DNA of 64,000 bases from Pontiella sp. (GTDB lineage Bacteria > Verrucomicrobiota > Kiritimatiellia > Kiritimatiellales > Pontiellaceae). This document shows positions 19,169-26,484 of the stretch, piece after piece. The stretch covers positions 32,001 to 96,000 of the forward strand of contig JBNKHE010000009.1 in NCBI GenBank assembly GCA_050290185.1, written 5' to 3'. A model generated the notes under the pieces. The model made no database searches. It was given only the letters and a program-made list of their open reading frames with translations, and had not been told where the DNA came from. The stretch's first letter is position 1. Each line of letters begins with the position of its first letter. Made by a program: the position numbers and the translations under genes.

Positions 19169-22100
19169 TTATCTAACCTTCCATTCCTTCAGGGCGCAGT
19201 AGAGCACCGGCACGACGAAGATGCTGATGAGGACAACGAGCATACCGCCGAAGGAGGGGATGGCCATCGGTACCATGACGTCGCTGCCACGACCGGTGGA
19301 GGTGAGCACCGGAATCAATGCGAGGATGGTGGTGGCCGACGTCATTAGGCACGGGCGTACGCGGCGTTCGGCGGCCACCAGCGTGGCCTCCCGGATTTCG
19401 TCGCGGGTTTTGGGGTCGCTTTCGCGGAAGACCTGGTCGAGGTAGGTCGACTGGATCACGCCGTTGTCGGAGGCAATGCCGAAGAGGGCGAGGAATCCGA
19501 CCCAGACGGCAACGCTCAGGTTGATGGGATGCACCTGGAACAGGTCGCGCATCTCCATGCCGAACACACTGAAGTTCAGGAACCACGGTTGGCCGTAGAG
19601 CCAGATCAAAATAAACCCGCCGCTCCAAGCCACGAAGATGCCGGAGAAAACCAGTAGGGTGGTCGGTACCGACTTGAACTGGAAGTAGATGATCATGAAG
19701 ATCACAAACAGAGCCAGTGGCAGGATCAGCCGCAGGGTTGCGGCGGCACGCTGCTGGTTTTCATAGCTGCCGGCAAACTTGTAGCTGACACCGCGCGGAA
19801 GGTTGAACTCGTCGCTGTCGATCTTGGACTGAAGGTAGGCTTGGCACTGTTCAGCAACGTCCACTTCGGCATAGCCGTCCTTCTTGTCGAAGACGACATA
19901 GCCGACCAGGAAAGTATCCTCGCTTTTGATCACCTGCGGGCCGCGCACATATTTGATTTCGGCGAGCTGCGTGATTGGGATCTGCTGTCCGTTCATGCCT
20001 GGAACGAGAATCTTATCGAGCGCCTCGATGTTGTCGCGCAGCTCGCGGCTGTAGCGCACGCGCACGGGGAAACGTTCGCGGCCTTCGACGGTGGTGGTCA
20101 CCTGGCGGCCGCCGATGGCGATTTCGATGGTGTCCTGAAACTTGCGGATCGGAATTCCGTAGCGGGCGATGGCTTCGCGATTGGGCACGATTTCCAGGTA
20201 GGGTTTGCCGACGATGCGGTCGGCCACCACGGCGGCGGCTTGGACGGACGGCACCTGCTTGAGATATTTTTCGATCTGCAGTCCAACCTGCTCGATGGTT
20301 TCCAGATCCGGGCCTGTAACCTTCACGCCCATGGGGGCGCGCATGCCGCTCTGGAGCATCACGATGCGCGCGGCGATGGGCTGGAGTTTCGGTGCGGAGG
20401 TGGTGCCCGGCATTTTTCCCGCCTTGACGATCTCGTTCCAGATGTCGTCGGGTGTATGAATGTCCTCGCGCCATTGCCGGAAGGGCCTTCCGCGCCGGTC
20501 GGGAATCAGTTCGCCGTTTTCATCGCGGACAAATTCGCCGTTTTCATATTTGAAGTTGATGCGCCGTCCATTCTTGTCGGTCTTGTATTCCGGTTTGTAG
20601 TTGATGACCGTTTCGAACATCGAGATGGGCGCGGGATCGAGCGGGGTATCGGCCCGGCCGAGCTTGCCGACAACCGACTTGATTTCGGGAATGGTCTGGA
20701 AGGCCATGTCCTGCTTTTCGAGAATGTCGAGCGATTCGCCGATGGAGGCGTGCGTCATGGTGGTCGGCATCCAGAGGAACGAACCCTCGTCGAGTGGTGG
20801 CATGAATTCCTTGCCGAGCCGGTTCCAGGCTAGTCCGCCCCCAACGATCAAGACCACTGGAAGCATGAGGAACAACAGCTTGTGGGCTAGGCACCAGCGC
20901 AGCATGCGTACATAGAAGCGCTGGAACAGCGCAAAGAATCCGAGCAGTCCGCCAATGATGGTGGCCACAAAGATAAAGTTGAGTATGAAACCACGTTCCG
21001 GTCCGAGCGGTTCCCAGTAGTGGGTCAGCAGGATACCCACCAGCAGGACGGTGAGACCGATTGGCCAATGTTTCAAGAGGGTAGGGGCGACTGTCCCCAG
21101 CCGTCCGCGGCGTTCTGGGACAGAACGCCCTACCTTTTGCGGCGGCGCGCTCGGCGATCGCGCCCTACCACGAAAGAAGGTGTAGGCCATGATGGGCAGG
21201 ATGGTGAGCGCAATCACGATGGAGGCGATCAGGGCGAAGGTCTTGGTGTAGGCCAGTGGCTTGAAAAGCTTGCCTTCGGCTCCGATCATGGTGAAGACGG
21301 GCAGGAAGCTGACGACGGTGGTCAGCACGGCGGTCAAAACCGCGCTGCCGACTTCGGATGCGGCACGGTGCACGGTTTCGAGCTTGGATTCATCCGCAGA
21401 GGATTTACCCAGATGCCTGAGCACGTTTTCACAGACGACGATGCCCATGTCGACGATGGTGCCGATGGCGATGACGATGCCGGAGAGCGCTACGATGTTG
21501 GCCTGGACCTTGAACAACTTCATGCCGATGAAACAGAGCAGCACGGCCAGCGGGAGCATGGAGCTGATGACCAGTCCGCTACGCAGATGCATCACCATAA
21601 CCAGCACGACGATAATCGTGACGAGGATTTCCAGTGCGATGGATTTATTGAGGGTGCCTAGGGTTTCGTAGATCAGGCCGGTGCGGTCGTAGAAGGGAAC
21701 CACCGTGATCTGGCTGACGGTGCCGTCGGCAAGCGTCTTCTTCGGCAGGGCTTCCTTGGTTTCGGCGATCTTCTTTTTGACATTGTTGATGACCTCGAGC
21801 GGGTTGGCGCCGTAGCGGGCCACTACCACGCCGCCTACCGCTGGAGCGCCGCCCTTGTCGAGCGCACCGCGCCGGGTTGCGGGGCCAATCGTGACGTTGG
21901 CCACATGCTTTACGAGCACCGGCACATTGTCGGCATTAACCTTGATGACGCTGTTCTCGATATCCTCGATCTTCTTGATGAAGCCGATGCCGCGAATGAA
22001 ATATTCAACATGGTTGACCTCGATGCTCTTGGCGCCGACATCGATGTTGGCCGCCTGGACCGCCTGGTAGACCTGCTCGATGTTTACGCCGTAGGCGCGC

Positions 22101-22762
22101 ATGGCGTCGGGATCGACATCGATCTGGTATTCGCGGACGTAGCCGCCGATGGAACCGACTTCGGCCACACCGTCGGCGGAGAGCAGCCAGTAGCGCGCAT
22201 ACCAATCCTGGATGGTGCGCAGCTCTTCGGGATCCCAGCCGCCGGCGGGGCTGCCGTCGGGATCGCGCCCTTCCAGCGTGTACCAGAAAACCTGCCCGAG
22301 TGCGGTGGCATCGGGCCCGAGGGTGGGCTTGACGCCTGGGGGAAGGGTGCCGGGAGGCAGGCTGTTGAGCTTTTCGAGCACGCGGGTGCGCGAGTCGTAG
22401 AAGTCGGCCTTTTCCTTGAAGATGATGTAGATGGATGAAAAGCCGAACATGGAATAGCTACGGATGGTTTTCACGTCCGGAATGCCGAGTAGCTGGACGG
22501 TGAGCGGGTAGCCGATCTGGTCTTCCACATCCTGCGGGGAACGGCCCATCCATTGGGTAAAGACAATCTGCTGGTTTTCGCCGATGTCCGGGATGGCATC
22601 CACCGGGACCGGATGGCGCTCGATGCTGCCGAGCTTCCAGTCAAACGGCGCAACCAGCAAGCCCGTAAGGATGATCGCCACCGTGATCAACACCACAACC
22701 AGCCGGTTGTGCAGGCAGAAACCGATCAGTCGGCCAACAAGCGATTGTTGTTCGGGGGTCAT
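19169..22762 (-). CDS. cusA: Heavy-metal efflux RND transporter, CusA/CzcA family
   Basis: DAIPD, GPDATALG, AIGTIVD, GAEGKLFKPLA, EFMPPLDEG and RVRPCLMT motifs. Confidence 0.95.
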   Translation of the reverse strand: MTPEQQSLVGRLIGFCLHNRLVVVLITVAIILTGLLVAPFDWKLGSIERHPVPVDAIPDIGENQQIVFTQWMGRSPQDVEDQIGYPLTVQLLGIPDVKTIRSYSMFGFSSIYIIFKEKADFYDSRTRVLEKLNSLPPGTLPPGVKPTLGPDATALGQVFWYTLEGRDPDGSPAGGWDPEELRTIQDWYARYWLLSADGVAEVGSIGGYVREYQIDVDPDAMRAYGVNIEQVYQAVQAANIDVGAKSIEVNHVEYFIRGIGFIKKIEDIENSVIKVNADNVPVLVKHVANVTIGPATRRGALDKGGAPAVGGVVVARYGANPLEVINNVKKKIAETKEALPKKTLADGTVSQITVVPFYDRTGLIYETLGTLNKSIALEILVTIIVVLVMVMHLRSGLVISSMLPLAVLLCFIGMKLFKVQANIVALSGIVIAIGTIVDMGIVVCENVLRHLGKSSADESKLETVHRAASEVGSAVLTAVLTTVVSFLPVFTMIGAEGKLFKPLAYTKTFALIASIVIALTILPIMAYTFFRGRARSPSAPPQKVGRSVPERRGRLGTVAPTLLKHWPIGLTVLLVGILLTHYWEPLGPERGFILNFIFVATIIGGLLGFFALFQRFYVRMLRWCLAHKLLFLMLPVVLIVGGGLAWNRLGKEFMPPLDEGSFLWMPTTMTHASIGESLDILEKQDMAFQTIPEIKSVVGKLGRADTPLDPAPISMFETVINYKPEYKTDKNGRRINFKYENGEFVRDENGELIPDRRGRPFRQWREDIHTPDDIWNEIVKAGKMPGTTSAPKLQPIAARIVMLQSGMRAPMGVKVTGPDLETIEQVGLQIEKYLKQVPSVQAAAVVADRIVGKPYLEIVPNREAIARYGIPIRKFQDTIEIAIGGRQVTTTVEGRERFPVRVRYSRELRDNIEALDKILVPGMNGQQIPITQLAEIKYVRGPQVIKSEDTFLVGYVVFDKKDGYAEVDVAEQCQAYLQSKIDSDEFNLPRGVSYKFAGSYENQQRAAATLRLILPLALFVIFMIIYFQFKSVPTTLLVFSGIFVAWSGGFILIWLYGQPWFLNFSVFGMEMRDLFQVHPINLSVAVWVGFLALFGIASDNGVIQSTYLDQVFRESDPKTRDEIREATLVAAERRVRPCLMTSATTILALIPVLTSTGRGSDVMVPMAIPSFGGMLVVLISIFVVPVLYCALKEWKVR
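21080..21169. repeat. Three GTAG-type REP hairpins (90 bp) lying in frame inside cusA
   Basis: (+) GGTAG-GGGCGACTG-TCCC-CAGCCGTCC; (-) GGTAG-GGCGTTCTG-TCC-CAGAACGCC; (-) GGTAG-GGCGCGATCG-C-CGAGCGCGCC. Confidence 0.8.
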
Positions 22763-24369
22763 GGTTCAACCTTTTCCGGTTCGATTCCCTCGGCACGCAT
22801 TTGGTTGAGATATTCTTCGGGATCGGCAAGAAAGGTTTCTTCGCAACCGCCACAGCAAAAATAGATGCGCATGCCGTTGTAGTCGGTGAACTCGTTCTTG
22901 TCGATTGCACCGCCCATGACCGGGCAATGGGTTTGGGGTTTCATGGCCATTGGCGCGTTTTCACTCGGCATGGACATCATGCTCGGCTTGGCTTGGATCT
23001 GCAGCTCGGCATCGAGCTTGAAGTTGCCGCGCGTGACGACACGCTCGCCTTCGGTCAATCCCTCTCCCACGACATAGAAGTCGCCCATGCGTGCGCCGAG
23101 ACGAACTTCCCTTCCTTCGAAGGTTGGCTTTTCCGCATCGGGTTTTTCGACGTAGACGACCGCGCGTTTGCCGGTTTTAAGCGCGGCGGTGACCGGGATC
23201 AGCAACGGTGCGTTTTCTGGGGTTTCATTGACGTAGCCAAGCGACTCGGCGGTGACCAGCGGCATGCCGCAAATGTCGCAGGTTCCGGGGCCGTCCTTGA
23301 CGATTTCCGGGTGCATCGGGCTGATCCACTTTCCTGCGAGATCGGGGTTCATTACGCGTCCACCGGCGGCGATCCTGGGGCGTGCCACGGCGCGGACAAA
23401 CATGCCGGGTTTCAATTTGCCGTTGGCGTTGTCGACAATCACGCGCACCTTGGCGGTACGGGTGGCGGAATTGATGATCGGGTCGATGAAGGTAATGGTG
23501 CCTTTGAAGGTTTCACCGGAATAGGTCTCGGTCGTGAACTCGACGGCACTGCCATAGCGCAGTCCGTTTAGATCGCTCTCATAGGCATCGAGCTGGACCC
23601 ATACCTTGGAGAGGTCGGCGATGGTGTAGATCTTCGTTCCGGTCTGGACATACATGCCTTCCTGCGCGTTCTTGTGGATGACGATTCCGGAAGCGGGGGA
23701 GTAGATGGTCATGTGGTCGCTGGGCGTTCTGCGTTTTTCGATGTCCGCGACCTGCTCCTGCGTGAAACCCCAGAGGCGGAGTTTTTCGCGGGCGGCCTCG
23801 ATGGTTTGTTGCGCGGTTTCTGTCAAGGTGGTGCTTTGGCTGTTCTTGAGGTTGGTTTGAGTCTGGACGGCCTGCAGCAGTTCCTCCTGGGCGGTGAGCA
23901 GCTCGGGACTGTACAGCTCGGCCAGATGTTCGCCCTTCTTGACGGGGATGCCGGTGTAGTCGACAAACAACCGGTCGATACGGCCGGGCACCCAGGCGGA
24001 AATGTAGGAGACGCGGGTTTCGTCATAGTCCACCTTGCCGACCATGCGGACTTCGGAGGCGGCGAACTGGCGACGCACCTTGGTGGTTTCGATTTCCATC
24101 AGCTTGGCGGCGTAGGGGCTGATGCGGATTTCACGTTCGCCGAGGTCATCGCCCCCGGGCTCGAGCGGGATTAGGGGCATGTTGCAGATCGGGCAGAGGC
24201 CGGGCTCGGGCAGTTTGATCTGCGGATGCATCGAGCAGGTCCAGAGGGTGGTTTGCGGTTTGGAGTTTTTGGATTGAGGTTGTGGGGAAGAGGACGTGAA
24301 GCAGCCGCGCAGAATGAAACCGATGGCTAGGGCGACGACAATAGGCAGGACGATTTTAACACGTTTCAT
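22759..24369 (-). CDS. cusB: RND periplasmic adaptor (CusB-like) with heavy-metal-binding motifs and a C-terminal YHS-like domain
   Basis: WTCSMHP...CPICNM, LYSPEL, LKPGMF, a second SPMHP...CDICGM motif and a CPVMG...FCCGGC tail. Confidence 0.92.
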   Translation of the reverse strand: MKRVKIVLPIVVALAIGFILRGCFTSSSPQPQSKNSKPQTTLWTCSMHPQIKLPEPGLCPICNMPLIPLEPGGDDLGEREIRISPYAAKLMEIETTKVRRQFAASEVRMVGKVDYDETRVSYISAWVPGRIDRLFVDYTGIPVKKGEHLAELYSPELLTAQEELLQAVQTQTNLKNSQSTTLTETAQQTIEAAREKLRLWGFTQEQVADIEKRRTPSDHMTIYSPASGIVIHKNAQEGMYVQTGTKIYTIADLSKVWVQLDAYESDLNGLRYGSAVEFTTETYSGETFKGTITFIDPIINSATRTAKVRVIVDNANGKLKPGMFVRAVARPRIAAGGRVMNPDLAGKWISPMHPEIVKDGPGTCDICGMPLVTAESLGYVNETPENAPLLIPVTAALKTGKRAVVYVEKPDAEKPTFEGREVRLGARMGDFYVVGEGLTEGERVVTRGNFKLDAELQIQAKPSMMSMPSENAPMAMKPQTHCPVMGGAIDKNEFTDYNGMRIYFCCGGCEETFLADPEEYLNQMRAEGIEPEKVEP

Positions 24370-25718
24370 GGCTGTTCCTTTTCGTTCGGGACGAGGTTGG
24401 AAAGATTGCTGTCTGCTGGCGCAATCACGTCTACCTTCAAGAAATCGATTCCAGTGAGTTTGCCGAGTTCCGCTCGGGCAATCAGGTGGTCGGCGAGGGC
24501 GCGCTCATGGGCCAGCTCGAATTCGAGCAGCATGCGTTCGGCGTCGATGAGGTTGATGAACTCCATTTTGCCGGCTTCGTAGCCCTGGCGATTGACCTCT
24601 AGCGACTGGTTAGCCTTGGGAATCAGACTCTCCTTGTAGAGGTTGATCTTGCGGTCGGCGTTCCGCAGCTTGAAAAGGGCTTGCTGCAATTCTGCTTCAA
24701 GGGTCTGTGCCCGGTTTTCCAGCATCAAGCGGGCTGCGTTTTTCAGGTTGGCGGCGGATGCGATGCGGGCATGGTTTTTGCCGAACCAGACCGGCAGGCT
24801 GATGCCAAAGGTGCCGATGACTGGATTTTTGCCGCTGTCAGCGACCGGGCCGGAAGTCTCGCCGGTGTCTATGTACATCACACCTAGGGTGAAGTCGGGG
24901 AGTCGCTGTCGTTTGGCGAGCAACAGCTGGTGGTTGCCTTGCTCAACCTTGAAGGCCAATTCCAGTAGCTCCGGGCTGGTGTGGGCGACGTTTTTCTCCA
25001 GGCGGGAGGGATCGACCGCCCGATAGGGCAGGGTCGATGAAATGGGAAGCGGGGCATTTGCTGGACGGTTGAGCAGGGCGTTCAGTTTTGCATCACGAGG
25101 ATGCTGCATATCCTTCAAGGAATTGAGTTTATCTTCGAGCCGTCCGAGTTCGACCTGGGCCTGCAGGACGGATGCCATCGATGCGCCGGCCGAATAGCGC
25201 GTGCGGGCAACCTGTTCCAGATCCTGGATCAGCTGGATGCGGTCCTGGGTAATTTCTATGCCGCGATGAAGGTAGTGCAGCTCGGCGTAGGCTTGTGCAA
25301 TGGAGAACTGCAGGTTGAGTTTTTCGCGCTGATAGCGTTGTTGGGCGCCGTCGGCCATGTCGGAAGCGATGGACTTCATGGCGGAGAGCTTACCAAAGCC
25401 GGGGAATTTCTGTTGCAGCCCGAAGCTTTGTTCCTGGGGCCCCACCTTGGTTTCGACCGACTCGAAATAATAGCCGTAGGTCAGCATGGGATCGGGCAGG
25501 GCTTTCTGCACGGTGATGTTGTATACGGCTCCCTGCCACTGGTGGTAGGCGGCCTGCAGCTGCGGGTTGTTTTCCAAGCCGTAATCCAGTGCGGCCTGCA
25601 AGGTCAGGTTGGTGCCGAAAGGATCGGCGGCCGCTTGCCGGGCAAGGAAGACACCAAGGCACAAAGCCAGTGCCGATGCTCTGGTGTTCTTCGTGAACTT
25701 CGTGCCTTGGTGTTTCAT
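24366..25718 (-). CDS. TolC/CusC family outer membrane efflux protein
   Basis: NPQL, LPDP and coiled-coil repeats ending ...YEAG...LIDA.R. Overlaps the cusB start (ATGA). Confidence 0.9.
   Translation of the reverse strand: MKHQGTKFTKNTRASALALCLGVFLARQAAADPFGTNLTLQAALDYGLENNPQLQAAYHQWQGAVYNITVQKALPDPMLTYGYYFESVETKVGPQEQSFGLQQKFPGFGKLSAMKSIASDMADGAQQRYQREKLNLQFSIAQAYAELHYLHRGIEITQDRIQLIQDLEQVARTRYSAGASMASVLQAQVELGRLEDKLNSLKDMQHPRDAKLNALLNRPANAPLPISSTLPYRAVDPSRLEKNVAHTSPELLELAFKVEQGNHQLLLAKRQRLPDFTLGVMYIDTGETSGPVADSGKNPVIGTFGISLPVWFGKNHARIASAANLKNAARLMLENRAQTLEAELQQALFKLRNADRKINLYKESLIPKANQSLEVNRQGYEAGKMEFINLIDAERMLLEFELAHERALADHLIARAELGKLTGIDFLKVDVIAPADSNLSNLVPNEKEQP
25651..25713. repeat. Inverted repeat element (ACACCAAGGCAC(A/G)AAG arms) encoding the N-terminus of the TolC-like protein
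   Basis: 25651-25666 ACACCAAGGCACAAAG pairs with 25698-25713 CTTCGTGCCTTGGTGT (15/16). A related copy lies at 62492-62562. Confidence 0.7.
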
Positions 25719-26036
25719 TTAGCTGTCCTGCTTTGGTGTTTCTTTAGGAGCGGGAGCCTTTTCAAGCGCAATGCCTTGGGCTTTCATTTTCTTGATGTAC
25801 TTGTCCGGATCGGCCTTGATCTTGCCGATGCAGCCGGCGCAGCAGACATAGATGCGGTATCCTTTCACATCCACGTACATGTTCTTGTTGATCTTGTTGC
25901 CCGTCATGACGGGGCAGTTGGTCTGCTTCTTCCCCTGCGCCTGTTCAGGCGCAGCCTGCTTGTCTTCGGCGTATGATGCCATGCCGATCGTCACCGCGGC
26001 GATCAGCATCAGGGTTGCTATGCTTTTTTTCTTCAT
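25719..26036 (-). CDS. Small exported YHS-like Cys-rich metal-binding protein
   Basis: Signal peptide, then CPVMTG...YVCCAGC....DPDKY. Confidence 0.85.
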   Translation of the reverse strand: MKKKSIATLMLIAAVTIGMASYAEDKQAAPEQAQGKKQTNCPVMTGNKINKNMYVDVKGYRIYVCCAGCIGKIKADPDKYIKKMKAQGIALEKAPAPKETPKQDS

Positions 26037-26047
26037 GGTGTCTCCTT

Positions 26048-26329
26048 TTATTTCTCCATCCGTTTAACGACGGTCATGATTTCATCGAGCTTTTCCGCAA
26101 CATCGGCTTCGTTTTTGGATTCCAGCGCGGCAGCGACGCAATGCTTGAGGTGCTTTTCGAGAATGGTCTTGTTGACGGATTGCAGGGCGGCGCGGGCGGC
26201 CTGGATCTGGGTGATGATGTCGATGCAGTATTCGCCGTCGTCGATCATCCGTTTCACCGCCCTGATTTGGCCTTCGATACGTGAAAGCCGCGTAATGTTC
26301 TCCGAATGCGTGGTGGTATGACCCTTCAT
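26048..26329 (-). CDS. csoR: CsoR-family metal-sensing transcriptional repressor
   Basis: RLSRIEGQ, YCIDI..Q and HLKHC: the Cys/His/Cys ligand set of Cu(I)-sensing CsoRs. Confidence 0.9.
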   Translation of the reverse strand: MKGHTTTHSENITRLSRIEGQIRAVKRMIDDGEYCIDIITQIQAARAALQSVNKTILEKHLKHCVAAALESKNEADVAEKLDEIMTVVKRMEK

Positions 26330-26356
26330 GGTTTTCTCCCTCGTTCAAAGGCATGG

Positions 26357-26373
26357 ATACCCCTGCAGGGTAT
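26357..26373. promoter_or_regulatory. CsoR operator
   Basis: ATACCC-CTGCA-GGGTAT pseudo-palindrome about 28 bp upstream of csoR; matches the TAC-(C/G tract)-GTA CsoR operator pattern. Confidence 0.8.
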
Positions 26374-26423
26374 AATGTTCAAATAAAAATGACAAATACG
26401 ATCACAATACTTGGTGCTGGAGT

Positions 26424-26462
26424 AAAAAAAGGCCCCGGACACTCTGAGGAGCGTCCGGGGCC
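26424..26462 (-). terminator. Rho-independent terminator of the GH2 gene
   Basis: GGCCCCGGAC / GTCCGGGGCC 10-bp stem followed by T7 on the minus strand. Confidence 0.85.
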
Positions 26463-26484
26463 TGCGGATTGGGCAGGGAAACAT

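Noticed and set aside
22775..22800. GGTTCGATTCC resembling a tRNA T-arm
   Set aside because: It lies within the cusB 3' end on the opposite strand, and no acceptor stem or anticodon arm can be folded.
19169..26373. Copper operon as a mobile element or genomic island
   Set aside because: No integrase, transposase, att sites or terminal repeats are visible, and the composition looks host-like.
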